DNA of 64,000 bases from Rhodospirillaceae bacterium. GTDB taxonomy: Bacteria > Pseudomonadota > Alphaproteobacteria > Rhodospirillales > Rhodospirillaceae. Location of the stretch: assembly GCA_050246995.1 (NCBI GenBank), contig JBFWVA010000005.1, positions 44,990 through 108,989 on the forward strand, read 5' to 3'. Position numbers and translations under genes: made by a program. Under the pieces are notes generated by a model, which saw only the letters and a program-made list of their open reading frames with translations, was not told the origin of the DNA and made no database searches. How positions within the stretch are numbered: the first letter of the stretch is position 1; each line of letters opens with the position of its first letter. This document shows positions 26,608-37,213 of this stretch, in pieces.

Positions 26608-27722
26608 TGCCACAGCCGATCGCTTTCCCGCGCCGCAGCAGCGCGCGCGAAACGCTTCCATTCAATGCCGAGGCCATTCTCGGCGCGCTTCCGGCCGCCA
26701 CGCTGGTCATCGATAATCTCAGCATCATTCGTTACGCCAACATGTCGGCGGAACAGTTGTTCCAGGCGAGTGCATCCATCCTGATCGGCGGACCGCTGGC
26801 TGAGATCGTTCCGCCGACCGGGCCGCTGCTCGCGCTTGTCGAGCAGGCGCGTCTGGCCGACGCCCCGATGTCCGCGCACGGCGTTATCCTCGACACGCCC
26901 AAGACCGGTATCCGCACGATGTCCGTGCACGTAGCGCCGATGGTCGACACGCCGGGTTGGCTGGTTGTTTCGCTGCAGGAACAGACGCGCGCGCTCAAGA
27001 TCGGCCAGCAGCTCGAACACCGCAGCGCCGCGCGGTCCATGACGGCGATGGCCTCGATGCTCGCGCATGAAGTGAAGAACCCGCTGTCCGGCATTCGCGG
27101 CGCCGCGCAGCTTCTCGGCCAGGGCGCGAGTGAGGAAGACCGCAAGCTGACGCAGCTGATTTGTGACGAAGCGGACCGCATCGTCGCGCTCGTTAACCGA
27201 ATGGAAGTTTTCTCCGACGACCGGCCGCTCGAGCGCGGACCTGTCAACATCCACGTCGTTCTCGAACGCGTCCGCCGCCTGGCGGAAAACGGCTTCGCCA
27301 AATCGGTGAAGTTCGTCGAGCGCTATGACCCCTCGCTGCCCGCCGTCGACGGCAATCAGGATCAGCTCGTGCAGGTGTTCTTGAACCTGATCAAGAATGC
27401 GTCGGAAGCCGTGCAGGGCAAAGAAGGGGGCGAAGTTGTCCTCTCGACCGCTTATCGCCCGGGCGTGCGCATCGCGGTGAACAGCTCGAGCGAGCGCATT
27501 CATTTGCCGCTGGTCGTCACCGTGCAGGACAACGGCTCCGGCATCCCGGAGGATCTGCGCCCTTACTTATTCGATCCGTTCGTGACAACGAAGCCAAAGG
27601 GCAGTGGTCTCGGCCTTGCGCTGGTGGCGAAGATCATCAGCGATCACGGCGGTATCGTGGAATTTGAAAGCGAACGTGCGCGCACGGTGTTCCGGATCAT
27701 GCTTCCGGTCGCCAAGGACTAA
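26607..27722 (+). CDS. ntrB: Nitrogen regulation sensor histidine kinase NtrB
   Basis: GTG at 26607 overlaps the dusB TAG by 1 nt. PAS, H-box [19 protein letters not shown], and N/G boxes ([25 protein letters not shown]). Confidence 0.9.
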   Translation: MPQPIAFPRRSSARETLPFNAEAILGALPAATLVIDNLSIIRYANMSAEQLFQASASILIGGPLAEIVPPTGPLLALVEQARLADAPMSAHGVILDTPKTGIRTMSVHVAPMVDTPGWLVVSLQEQTRALKIGQQLEHRSAARSMTAMASMLAHEVKNPLSGIRGAAQLLGQGASEEDRKLTQLICDEADRIVALVNRMEVFSDDRPLERGPVNIHVVLERVRRLAENGFAKSVKFVERYDPSLPAVDGNQDQLVQVFLNLIKNASEAVQGKEGGEVVLSTAYRPGVRIAVNSSSERIHLPLVVTVQDNGSGIPEDLRPYLFDPFVTTKPKGSGLGLALVAKIISDHGGIVEFESERARTVFRIMLPVAKD

Positions 27723-27733
27723 AGGGATTTGCG

Positions 27734-29173
27734 ATGAACGCCGCGACCGTACTCGTAGCTGACGACGACCATGGCATCCGCACCGTCCTGACGCAGGCGT
27801 TGGGCCGCGCGGGATACGACGTGCGCACCACCGGTAATGCCGAGACCCTGTGGCGCTGGGTGTCCGATGGCGAGGGTGACCTTGTCATTACCGACGTCGT
27901 GATGCCGGACGAGAACGGGCTCGACTTGATTCCGCGCATCAAGAAGGTCCGCCCCGACCTGCGCATCATTGTCATGAGCGCGCAGAACACACTGCTGACC
28001 GCGGTGAAGGCCGCGGAGCGCGGCGCGTTTGAATATCTGCCGAAGCCGTTCGATCTTGGCGAACTCGTTAATGTGGTGAACCGCGCGCTTGCGCTGAAAC
28101 CGCAGGAACATACGCCCGCGAATGATACCGCCGAACGTCTGCCGATCGTCGGCCGCTCGCCGGCAATGCAGGACATCTACCGCGCGGTCGCGCGTTTGAT
28201 GAACACCGATTTGACCGTGATGATCACCGGCGAGTCTGGCACCGGGAAGGAACTGGTGGCGCGCGCGCTGCACGAATTCGGCCGCCGCCGGGGCGGCCCG
28301 TTCGTCGCCGTGAACATGGCGGCGATTCCGCGTGAGCTGATCGAAAGCGAGCTGTTCGGGCACGAGAAGGGCTCATTCACCGGCGCCGTGACCCGCGTGA
28401 CGGGGCGCTTCGAGCAGGCCGAAGGTGGCACGCTGTTCCTCGATGAAATCGGCGATATGCCGCCCGAAGCGCAGACCCGTCTTCTGCGCGTGCTTCAGGA
28501 CGGACGTTATACAACCGTCGGCGGACGCACGCCGATCAAGGCGAACGTGCGGATCGTGGCGGCGACGCACCGCGATCTCACACAGCTCATCAAGCTTGGC
28601 ATGTTCCGCGAGGATTTGTTCTATCGTCTGAACGTGGTGCCGATCCGCATCCCGCCGCTGCGTCAGCGGGCGGAAGATATTCCCGAACTCGTGGGCCACT
28701 TCCTCGCGCAAAGCGCGGCGGAAGGCCTTCCGCCCAAGTCATTGGCGCCGACGGCGCTCGAACGCCTGAAAACTCACCGCTGGCCCGGCAACGTGCGCGA
28801 ACTTGAAAATCTCGTGAAGCGGCTGGTCGCGCTTTACGGTGAACCCGTTATCGGTCCGGACGTCGTCGAACTCGAACTCGCCGGCGCCACGATGCCCGAA
28901 GTCTCCAGCGATCCCGCCGCCGCCGCCACGTTGGCCGGCACCATCGAACGCCATCTGCGTGAGTATTTCGATGGTCATAAGGGGGTGCTGCCGCCGCGCG
29001 GCCTCTACGACCGCGTCCTGCGTGAACTGGAACGCCCATTGATCACCCTAACTCTGACCGCCACCCGTGGCAATCAGGTGAAAGCGGCTGACGTTCTCGG
29101 TCTGAACCGCAACACCTTGCGCAAGAAGATCCGCGAACTTGAGATTGGCGTGGTTCGCGGCGTGAACAAGTAA
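27734..29173 (+). CDS. ntrC: Nitrogen regulation response regulator NtrC (sigma54 activator)
   Basis: REC (VLVADDD...[11 protein letters not shown]), AAA+ [14 protein letters not shown]-like loop, C-terminal Fis-type HTH. Confidence 0.95.
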   Translation: MNAATVLVADDDHGIRTVLTQALGRAGYDVRTTGNAETLWRWVSDGEGDLVITDVVMPDENGLDLIPRIKKVRPDLRIIVMSAQNTLLTAVKAAERGAFEYLPKPFDLGELVNVVNRALALKPQEHTPANDTAERLPIVGRSPAMQDIYRAVARLMNTDLTVMITGESGTGKELVARALHEFGRRRGGPFVAVNMAAIPRELIESELFGHEKGSFTGAVTRVTGRFEQAEGGTLFLDEIGDMPPEAQTRLLRVLQDGRYTTVGGRTPIKANVRIVAATHRDLTQLIKLGMFREDLFYRLNVVPIRIPPLRQRAEDIPELVGHFLAQSAAEGLPPKSLAPTALERLKTHRWPGNVRELENLVKRLVALYGEPVIGPDVVELELAGATMPEVSSDPAAAATLAGTIERHLREYFDGHKGVLPPRGLYDRVLRELERPLITLTLTATRGNQVKAADVLGLNRNTLRKKIRELEIGVVRGVNK

Positions 29174-29182
29174 CGGACGAGA

Positions 29183-31477
29183 ATGAGCACCGACGTTTCC
29201 TCGGCCGACGTCTCCAGTACTCCGCGCACCATCGTGCAGCGCGGGGCGGAGCGCGTGCGCAACCGGCTTGTGCCGGGCCGTGCCGCTGAAGTGCTGGCTG
29301 TCGTTCTGACCGCGGCCGCCGTGATCGCCGGGATCGGCACGTTCGTTGCGCTGTGGGGCTGGGGCGATAAAGGCCCGAGCGCCACCGCGACCCAAGTGCT
29401 TCTCATCATCGACCTCGTGATCGTACTGGGTTTGGCTACGTTGGTCGGAGTGCGTCTTGTAAAGCTCTGGCGTGCGCACCGCACGCGCACCGCCGGTTCG
29501 CGTTTGCATATTCGTCTTGTGGCCTTGTTCGCTGGGATCGCGATGACCCCGACAGTCCTCACGGCGATGTTCGCCACGATATTCTTTACCTTCGGCGTGC
29601 AAACCTGGTTCGGGGATCGCGTGAAAACGGCGGTGACGGAATCGGCGGCGATCGCCCAAGCCTACTTGCGTGAGCACCAGCAAGCGATCCGCGCGGATGC
29701 GTTAGCTGTCGCGAACGACGTCAATCGCCAGTGGGCCGCCCTTGGCGGTAATCCCGCGCTCCGGGACAACTTCTTGTCCACGCAAACCACTTTCCGTGGT
29801 CTCGATGAAGCAATCATTTTTACGCCTGACGGACAGGTAATCGCGAAAGGCGGTTACACCTTCGCGCTCTCAGGCGAAGTCGTGACCTTTGAAGCTATGG
29901 CCCAAGCGGATGTCGGGCAGGTGGCGGTCGTGACCAGTCCGGATTCCGAACGCGTGCGCGCGCTCGTGAAGCTTCAAACCTACCCGACGACCTATCTTTC
30001 GGTCGGCCGGTTCGTGGACAATCAGGTGCTGGCGCGCCTCAATCGCACGGAAGAGGCGGTTTCAGAGTATGTCCGCCTGGAAGGGGAGCGAGAGAGCTTA
30101 CAACTCAGCTTCACGGCGTTGTTCGGCTTGGTTGCACTTCTCCTTCTGATGGTGTCGGTCTGGTTTGGTCTTCAACTCGCCACCCGCTTGGCTAAGCCGG
30201 TCATAGAGCTCATCAATGCCGCTGAAAGCGTGCGCGGCGGTGACCTGTCGGTGCGCGTGAGCGAGAACACCACGGACGATGAAATGGCCTACCTCAGCCG
30301 GGCGTTCAACCGCATGACCAAGCGTCTTGCCGAACAGCAGACGGCCTTGCAGGAAACCAACGCTCAACTCGACGCGCGACGCCGGTTCACCGAAACCGTG
30401 CTCGAAGGGGTAAGCGCGGGCGTGATCGGCCTCGACCGCGCCGGTAATATCACGCTGCCCAACCATTCGGCATCGGACCTCTTGGACACCGACCTGTCGG
30501 TCGCCATCAACCGTCCATTGTCCGAAGCCGTGCCGGAGTTCGGGCAATTGCTCGATGAACTGCGTGAAGCCCCGCAAGGCGTCGTGCAGCGCGAAGTCGA
30601 GATCTCGCGCGGGAAATCGACCAAGACCTTCCTGGTTCGACTGTCGGTCGAACACGGCGACGACGCGGACGTCGGCTACATCGCCACCTTCGATGACATC
30701 ACGGCGCTGCAGGCCGCTCAACGCAAAGCCGCCTGGGCGGACGTCGCGCGCCGGATCGCGCATGAAATCAAGAACCCTTTGACGCCGATCCAGCTCTCGG
30801 CCGAGCGGCTCAAGCGCAAGTACGCGGGAAAGATCCAGGACGATGTGGATCTGTTTACGCAATGTACGGACACCATCATCCGCCACGTCGGTGATATCGG
30901 GCAGATGGTCGATGAGTTTTCCTCCTTCGCACGTCTGCCCGCCGCCGTGCTGCGCCCGGCCGACCTGACCCAGGTCGTGCGTGACGCCGTGATGTTGCAG
31001 CGGACCGCCTATCCGCGCATCGCATTCACCAAGCGCTTGCCGGGCGACCGGTGGATCAAGTGCGACGCCCGGCAAGTCGGCCAGGCTCTCACGAACGTCT
31101 TGAAGAATGCAGTCGAGGCGATCGATACGCGCGTGGCAGCCAATGCACTGACGCCCGGCGAGGGCCACGTGATCGTCGAATTGCTCGAAGATAGCGGCGA
31201 AGTCATCGTGACCGTGACCGACAACGGCGTCGGCTTACCTGAAGCCGAACGGTCGCGCCTCACGGAACCCTACGTAACGACCCGCGCCAAGGGAACCGGC
31301 CTTGGTCTTGCCATCGTGCGCAAAATTCTTGAGGAGCACGGCGGCCGGATCACGCTCAAGGATACCGCCGACGGCGTCGGCGCCCAAGTCACGCTTCATT
31401 TCCCTGCCACTCTCAAGACCGAGCCCGAAGCCGCAGGACATCGCTCCCACGGCTCCATCGCTCTTGCTGGAGAATAG
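29183..31477 (+). CDS. ntrY: Sensor histidine kinase NtrY
   Basis: N-terminal TM region, HAMP, PAS, H-box IAHEIKNPLTPIQLSAERL, ATPase G boxes. Confidence 0.9.
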   Translation: MSTDVSSADVSSTPRTIVQRGAERVRNRLVPGRAAEVLAVVLTAAAVIAGIGTFVALWGWGDKGPSATATQVLLIIDLVIVLGLATLVGVRLVKLWRAHRTRTAGSRLHIRLVALFAGIAMTPTVLTAMFATIFFTFGVQTWFGDRVKTAVTESAAIAQAYLREHQQAIRADALAVANDVNRQWAALGGNPALRDNFLSTQTTFRGLDEAIIFTPDGQVIAKGGYTFALSGEVVTFEAMAQADVGQVAVVTSPDSERVRALVKLQTYPTTYLSVGRFVDNQVLARLNRTEEAVSEYVRLEGERESLQLSFTALFGLVALLLLMVSVWFGLQLATRLAKPVIELINAAESVRGGDLSVRVSENTTDDEMAYLSRAFNRMTKRLAEQQTALQETNAQLDARRRFTETVLEGVSAGVIGLDRAGNITLPNHSASDLLDTDLSVAINRPLSEAVPEFGQLLDELREAPQGVVQREVEISRGKSTKTFLVRLSVEHGDDADVGYIATFDDITALQAAQRKAAWADVARRIAHEIKNPLTPIQLSAERLKRKYAGKIQDDVDLFTQCTDTIIRHVGDIGQMVDEFSSFARLPAAVLRPADLTQVVRDAVMLQRTAYPRIAFTKRLPGDRWIKCDARQVGQALTNVLKNAVEAIDTRVAANALTPGEGHVIVELLEDSGEVIVTVTDNGVGLPEAERSRLTEPYVTTRAKGTGLGLAIVRKILEEHGGRITLKDTADGVGAQVTLHFPATLKTEPEAAGHRSHGSIALAGE

Positions 31478-31482
31478 ACGTA

Positions 31483-32976
31483 ATGACTCATCCATCCGCA
31501 ACGAACGCACCGGACATCCTAATTGTCGACGACGAAGCCGATATTCGCATGGCTGTCGGCGGCATCTTGCAGGACGAGGGCTTCGCGATCCGCGAAGCCG
31601 GTTCCGCCGAACAGGCGCTTGAGCAGGTCAAAACGCGTGCGCCGTCGGCCGTCATTCTCGACATCTGGCTCGAAGGCAGCCGCATGGACGGGCTTCAGGT
31701 GCTGGCGGCCATCAAGGCGATGCGTCCAAACGTGCCGGTGGTGATGATCTCCGGTCACGGCACCATCGCCACCGCCGTCGAGGCCATCAAGCACGGCGCT
31801 TACGACTTTATTGAAAAGCCGTTTCAGGCGGACCGCCTATTGATGGTGCTGGGCCGGGCGCTGGAAGCGGCGCGTCTGCGCCGCGAAAATCTTGAACTGC
31901 GCACCCGTGCTGGCGCGCCGGAACAACTGATTGGCTCTTGTCCGCCGATCGCCGCGCTCCGCCGCACCATTGAACGCGTGGGGCCGACCGGTTCGCGCGT
32001 CTTGATCTCTGGCCCGGCGGGTTCGGGCAAGGAAATCGTCGCGCGCCAAATCCACCTGCATTCGCCGCGCGCACATGGCCCGTTTGTGGTGGTGAACTGT
32101 GCCTCCTTGCATCCCGATCGCCTGGCGGAAATGCTATTCGGCGGCACGAAGGCGCAAGGCGAGGATTCGGCGGGCCTTCTTGAGCGCGCCGACGGCGGCA
32201 CGCTGCTGCTCGACGAAGTCGGTGATATGCCGCTCGCCAGCCAGAGCAGCATCATCCGGATTCTTCAGGACCAGAAAGTCGAACGAATCAACGCGCACGG
32301 CCCGGTGGAAGTGGATGTCCGTGTGATCGCCACCACCAACCGCGATCTGCGTTCCGAGGTCAAAAAAGGCCTCTTCCGTGAAGAGCTGTTCTACCGCTTG
32401 AGTGTGGTGCCGGTTCAAGTGCCTTCGCTGGCCGACCGCCGTGAGGATATTCCGGAACTTGCCCGTCATTTGATGGACCGGGCCGCCGGCGCAGAAGGTC
32501 TGCCGCGCCGCCAGCTGGGCGAAGACGCGATCACAGCGCTGCAGGCCTATCCATGGCCGGGCAACGTCCGTCAGCTCCGCAACGCCATCAACTGGCTCCT
32601 GATACTGGCGCCGGGCGGTGTCGGCGATGCGATCCGCGCCGACATGCTGCCGCCGGAAATCAACAGCGAAACGCCGCAGATGCTTAAGTTGCAGCGCTCG
32701 GACGAGATTATGACCCTGCCGCTGCGTGAAGCGCGCGAGATGTTTGAGCGGGAGTATCTGATGGCCCAGGTGATCCGTTACGGCGGCAATATTTCGCGCA
32801 CCGCCGATTTCGTGGGCATGGAGCGCTCGGCGCTTCATCGCAAACTGAAGTCCCTTGGGGTCAGCACCGATGCGCGCCGCCGCGATCAGGCGCCCCCGTT
32901 ACGGGAGGTGCGTAACGATGTGGGAGATGGCACAGTGCGTCCGCTGCCCTTGAAACGTCCTTTCTCAGCGTCCTAG
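31483..32976 (+). CDS. ntrX: Response regulator NtrX (sigma54-interaction-type AAA+ domain)
   Basis: REC (ILIVDDE...ILDIWLEGSRMDG), GPAGSGKE, HTH tail. Follows ntrY. Confidence 0.9.
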   Translation: MTHPSATNAPDILIVDDEADIRMAVGGILQDEGFAIREAGSAEQALEQVKTRAPSAVILDIWLEGSRMDGLQVLAAIKAMRPNVPVVMISGHGTIATAVEAIKHGAYDFIEKPFQADRLLMVLGRALEAARLRRENLELRTRAGAPEQLIGSCPPIAALRRTIERVGPTGSRVLISGPAGSGKEIVARQIHLHSPRAHGPFVVVNCASLHPDRLAEMLFGGTKAQGEDSAGLLERADGGTLLLDEVGDMPLASQSSIIRILQDQKVERINAHGPVEVDVRVIATTNRDLRSEVKKGLFREELFYRLSVVPVQVPSLADRREDIPELARHLMDRAAGAEGLPRRQLGEDAITALQAYPWPGNVRQLRNAINWLLILAPGGVGDAIRADMLPPEINSETPQMLKLQRSDEIMTLPLREAREMFEREYLMAQVIRYGGNISRTADFVGMERSALHRKLKSLGVSTDARRRDQAPPLREVRNDVGDGTVRPLPLKRPFSAS

Positions 32977-32985
32977 AGCCGTTCC

Positions 32986-33864
32986 ATGTCGCATATCGCT
33001 TACGTCAATGGCAGGTACCTGCCGCAACGCTCTGCCACCGTCCACATTGAAGATCGCGGCTATCAGTTCGCCGACGGCGTGTATGAGGTTTTCCTGGTCT
33101 GGAACGGCGTGCCGGTCGATTACGGCCCGCATATCGTGCGGCTAAAACGCTCCCTGAGCGAGTTGCGTATGCGCGAACCGATGAGCCCGGCTGCGCTGAC
33201 AGTGGTGATGAAGGAAGTCATCCGGCGCAATCATTTGAACACGGGGATCGTCTATATCCAGGTGAACCGCGGGGTCGCCTCGCGCGCGCATCCGTTCCCG
33301 AACGGCGATATCAAGCCGAGTATCGTGGTGACCGCGAAGCATTTCACCGGTTCCTCCGATGCCATGGCCGAGCAAGGCGCGAAGGTCGTCACGGCCCGGG
33401 ATATCCGCTGGGAGCGGCGCGATATCAAAAGCGTCGGGCTTCTGGCCAACGTCCTTGCCCGCCAGAGCGCGAGCGAATCAAAGGCCTATGAAGCGATTCT
33501 GGTCACCGCCGACGGCACCGTGACTGAAGCCAGCGCCTCGAACGCCTGGATCATCACGGCCGATAAGACCATCGTGACGCATCCGACCACCAACGCGATT
33601 CTGGGCGGGGTCACCCGCGCCACGGTGAAGGATCTGGCCAAACAGGCCGGCTATACCGTGCAGGAACGGCCGTTCACGCTCGAAGAAGCCCAAAACGCGA
33701 AAGAGGTTTTTCTCACCGGTACGACCACCTTCGTTATGCCGGTCTCGCAGATCGACGACAAACCGGTCGGCAACGGGGCGGGGGGGCTGATGGCCCTCGA
33801 TCTACGTCAGCGTTATCGCCGCTACATCGATTCTCTGGACGCCACGACGGCCTGGAATGTCTGA
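32986..33864 (+). CDS. dat: D-amino-acid (D-alanine) aminotransferase, fold-type IV PLP enzyme
   Basis: VHIEDRGYQFADGVYEV...IVYIQVNRG...RDIKSVGLLANV...VTEASASNAWII. Confidence 0.85.
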   Translation: MSHIAYVNGRYLPQRSATVHIEDRGYQFADGVYEVFLVWNGVPVDYGPHIVRLKRSLSELRMREPMSPAALTVVMKEVIRRNHLNTGIVYIQVNRGVASRAHPFPNGDIKPSIVVTAKHFTGSSDAMAEQGAKVVTARDIRWERRDIKSVGLLANVLARQSASESKAYEAILVTADGTVTEASASNAWIITADKTIVTHPTTNAILGGVTRATVKDLAKQAGYTVQERPFTLEEAQNAKEVFLTGTTTFVMPVSQIDDKPVGNGAGGLMALDLRQRYRRYIDSLDATTAWNV

Positions 33865-34525
33865 GGCGCGGCCGCTTTCCCTGCCGCGGCCGCGGGCGAT
33901 CCTGTTCGACTGGGACAACACCCTGGTCGATACATGGCCGTGTATCGGCAAGGCCACCAACATCACCCTTCAGGCCATGGGCCTCGCGCCTTGGGACGAG
34001 CATGAGATCCGCGCACGGGTCGCCGGTTCACTGCGCGATACTTTCCCGAAGATTTACGGCGAGCGCTGGGAAGAGGCGCGGGAGATCTACTACAAAGCCT
34101 TCGGCGATGTTCACCTCGATATGCTGACCTGTCTCGCGGGCGCTGAAGATCTTCTAAACACTGTGATGGATGCCGGTCTGTACCTTGGCGTCGTCAGCAA
34201 TAAGACCGGCCGCTATCTGCGAGCGGAAGCCGACCACCTCGGCTGGACCCGATTCTTCGGAAAAATCGTCGGCGCGCAGGACGCGAGCCGCGATAAACCG
34301 GACCCGGAGCCGGTCCACCTTGCGTTATCCACAGGCAAAATCCCGGCAGGCGCCGACGTCTGGTTCGTGGGGGATGCTCAGATCGATGTGACCTGCGGCC
34401 GGGCCGCAGGATGCACGACTATTATGGTGGGCCCGACGCCCGCAACGCTTGTAACCGAGCCGCCCCACGCGTATGTGAAGGATTGCGCCGCCCTCGCGGC
34501 ACTGGTCCGGGCGTATTTAGCTTAG
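33857..34525 (+). CDS. HAD-superfamily hydrolase (phosphoglycolate phosphatase-like)
   Basis: ILFDWDNTLVDT (DxDxT), VVSNKTG, KPDPEP, WFVGDAQIDV motifs. 8-nt overlap with dat. Confidence 0.8.
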   Translation: MSEARPLSLPRPRAILFDWDNTLVDTWPCIGKATNITLQAMGLAPWDEHEIRARVAGSLRDTFPKIYGERWEEAREIYYKAFGDVHLDMLTCLAGAEDLLNTVMDAGLYLGVVSNKTGRYLRAEADHLGWTRFFGKIVGAQDASRDKPDPEPVHLALSTGKIPAGADVWFVGDAQIDVTCGRAAGCTTIMVGPTPATLVTEPPHAYVKDCAALAALVRAYLA

Positions 34526-34667
34526 ATAAAAGCCAGCGGACCCGGTTGACCGGTTTCCTTGAAAAATTCTAGTGTCGCCATTGATGCGGGTGGTTTCCTA
34601 GCCGGTCTGCCCCATGAGTCGAGAACCGTAACGATAACAACAAAATAGCGACAGGGTGCAGACTCCA

Positions 34668-34934
34668 ATGGCCAACGAAAAGGCACAGAACGTTCAAGAC
34701 GTTTTTCTCAACGCGATCCGTAAGAACAAAACCCCCGTGACCGTCTTTCTTGTAAACGGCGTAAAGCTCCAGGGAATTGTGACGTGGTTCGACAATTTCT
34801 CGATGCTGCTGCGCCGCGATGGTCACACTCAGCTCGTCTACAAGCACGCGATCTCCACGGTCATGCCGTCGGCGCCCGTGCAGTTGTTCGAGCCAAAAGA
34901 GGAGGCGGCGGGTTCAGGAGAAGCGGCGCACTAA
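34668..34934 (+). CDS. hfq: RNA chaperone Hfq
   Basis: [61 protein letters not shown]. An alternative GTG start at 34656 is possible. Confidence 0.95.
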   Translation: MANEKAQNVQDVFLNAIRKNKTPVTVFLVNGVKLQGIVTWFDNFSMLLRRDGHTQLVYKHAISTVMPSAPVQLFEPKEEAAGSGEAAH

Positions 34935-34968
34935 ATCTTTCGCCGGCCCCTGTCCGCCACACTAGTTT

Positions 34969-36294
34969 TTGTACGACACCCGTAAGACTGCCACCGCAAC
35001 CGTCATCGTCCACCCGCGCCTGAAAACGCGCATCAAGGATGATGATTACGGCGAACGTTCGCGTCTGGACGAAGCGCGCGGATTGGCCGCGGCCATCAGC
35101 CTCAACGTGCTCCATGCCGAAGTGGTCAACGTCGCCAAGCCCAATCCCGCCACCTACCTCGGTGATGGGACGGTCAAGCGCCTCGCGGACGGCATCAAGG
35201 ATATGGGCGCCCAACTCGTTGTGGTCGACGGACACCTGTCGCCGGGCCAGCAGCGCAATCTTGAAAAGGCCTGGAACGCGAAGGTCATCGACCGGACCGG
35301 CTTGATCCTGGAAATCTTCGGCGAGCGCGCCCGCACCCGAGAAGGCCAGTTGCAGGTCGAACTCGCGCATCTCACCTATCAAAAAAGCCGCCTCGTCCGG
35401 AGTTGGACCCACCTTGAACGGCAGCGCGGCGGCTTCGGCTTCCTCGGTGGTCCCGGCGAAACCCAGATCGAAATCGACCGCCGTCTTATTGGCGAGCGCA
35501 TCACACGGCTCAAGAAAGAGCTCGAGACCGTCACGCGTACCCGCAGCCTCCATCGTGAAGCGCGTCGGCGCGTGCCTTATCCCATCGTGGCTTTGGTGGG
35601 CTACACCAACGCCGGTAAATCGACCCTGTTCAACACCCTCACAGATGCATCGGTCGTGGCGATGGACCAGCTGTTTGCGACCCTCGATCCGACCATGCGT
35701 CAGCTCCGGCTGCCGTCCGGGCGCACCGTGATTTTGTCCGATACGGTCGGCTTCGTGTCCGATCTGCCGCATGAACTGGTCGCCGCGTTCCGCGCTACCC
35801 TGGAAGAGGTGCTGGAGGCGGACGTCATCGTGCATGTGCGCGATATCGCCCATCCGGAAAGCGAAGCACAGCTCCGGGACGTTGAGGATGTGCTCAAGCA
35901 GCTTGGAATCGACCTGCACGGCGAAGATACCGGCACGACGCGTCCCGTCATCGAAGCCCTGAATAAGATCGACCTGCTCGACGAAATCGGGGTGGAAGCC
36001 ATCGAAGCACAAGTCGCGCGCACACCCAATCAAGTCGCGATGTCGGCGCTTTCCGGCGTGGGCATGGAGGCCTTGCTCGCGAAGATCGAACGAGAGCTCG
36101 CACATAAACGCCAGCCGTTCTCGGTCTTGGTTCCGCTGGAAGACGGCGAGACCATCGCCTGGCTTTACCGCCGGGGCGAGGTGCTGGGGCGTACGGATAG
36201 TGAGACGGAAGCGCGCTTCGAAGTCCTGTTGGATGATGCCGATCTCGCGCGCGTGAAGAAACGCGGCATCGTCCTGGACCGCGCGGCCGAATGA
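34969..36294 (+). CDS. hflX: GTPase HflX
   Basis: GQLQVELAHL, LVGYTNAGKSTLFN, DTVGF, NKID motifs. Follows hfq. Confidence 0.95.
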   Translation: MYDTRKTATATVIVHPRLKTRIKDDDYGERSRLDEARGLAAAISLNVLHAEVVNVAKPNPATYLGDGTVKRLADGIKDMGAQLVVVDGHLSPGQQRNLEKAWNAKVIDRTGLILEIFGERARTREGQLQVELAHLTYQKSRLVRSWTHLERQRGGFGFLGGPGETQIEIDRRLIGERITRLKKELETVTRTRSLHREARRRVPYPIVALVGYTNAGKSTLFNTLTDASVVAMDQLFATLDPTMRQLRLPSGRTVILSDTVGFVSDLPHELVAAFRATLEEVLEADVIVHVRDIAHPESEAQLRDVEDVLKQLGIDLHGEDTGTTRPVIEALNKIDLLDEIGVEAIEAQVARTPNQVAMSALSGVGMEALLAKIERELAHKRQPFSVLVPLEDGETIAWLYRRGEVLGRTDSETEARFEVLLDDADLARVKKRGIVLDRAAE

Positions 36295-37160
36295 TCCCGG
36301 CTGACACGCACGCGCTTGTTCACGGCGTCATCACCTCCATCCGGGAAGTTGCGGACGCGGTTATCGTCCCTCGTTTTCGCCAGCTGGCGGCGCACGACAT
36401 CAAGGCGAAAACGCATCCCGGCGATGTGGTCACAATCGCTGACGAGGAAAGCGAACGCTTGCTCGGCCCCAAGCTGAACGGACTGCTCGAAGGTTCGCGC
36501 GTCATCGGCGAGGAGGGGGCGTTCGCCGATCCCACGCTATTCGATTTGCTTCAGGGCGAGGATCCCGTCTGGATCATCGATCCCATCGACGGCACCGCCA
36601 ATTTCGTCAACGGCGTGGCGCAGTTCGCGGTGATCGTGGCGCTCGTGCACGGCGGCGAGACGAAGATGGGCTGGATCTATGAGCCGCTCGAAGGGCGCAC
36701 GCTGTGGGCCGAGAAGGGGAAGGGGGCATGGCGCACGGGGCCGATTGCGCTTGGCGCAAGTCCCGATCATCAGCAGGTGCGCATTCCGCCGCGGAGCGAC
36801 CAGATGAAGGACATGGTCGCTTCGATGCACAACAAGGACCTGAGCGCACTTCGCGGAAAGTTCGCGCGCAACATCCGTTTGGGTAGCGCCGCGCATGACT
36901 ATTGGGCGCTCGCCGAAGGGCGCTCGCAGGTGTTGGCCTACCGCAAACTAAAGCCGTGGGATCACGCCGCCGGTTTACTCATCCATGAAGAGGCGGGCGG
37001 CTACAATCGGCTTCTCTCCGGCGAACGTTATGACCCGACCCTTCGTGAACAGACCGGGCTGCTATGCGCCCCGACCGCAGCAATTTGGCGAGAGATCAAG
37101 GAGATGGTGAAGACAGTGGAGTATCCGCAGCAACTCCCCTTGTTCGGCACTACGCCATAA
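36291..37160 (+). CDS. Inositol monophosphatase family protein
   Basis: VTIADEESE, WIIDPIDGTANF, PWDHAAG motifs. ATGA overlap with hflX. Confidence 0.85.
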   Translation: MIPADTHALVHGVITSIREVADAVIVPRFRQLAAHDIKAKTHPGDVVTIADEESERLLGPKLNGLLEGSRVIGEEGAFADPTLFDLLQGEDPVWIIDPIDGTANFVNGVAQFAVIVALVHGGETKMGWIYEPLEGRTLWAEKGKGAWRTGPIALGASPDHQQVRIPPRSDQMKDMVASMHNKDLSALRGKFARNIRLGSAAHDYWALAEGRSQVLAYRKLKPWDHAAGLLIHEEAGGYNRLLSGERYDPTLREQTGLLCAPTAAIWREIKEMVKTVEYPQQLPLFGTTP

Positions 37161-37213
37161 CGCCCGGGAAAACTGTCTTAATTCCGCCGTACTGGATGGT
37201 CATATTCACGTCC

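Noticed and set aside
30098-31168. 356-aa ORF antisense to ntrY
   Set aside because: Same reasoning. ntrY on the plus strand has the HAMP/PAS/H-box/ATPase motifs, and the antisense frame has none.
34861-36105. 414-aa ORF antisense to hflX
   Set aside because: The hflX G1-G4 motifs fix the coding strand. The antisense product is low-complexity.
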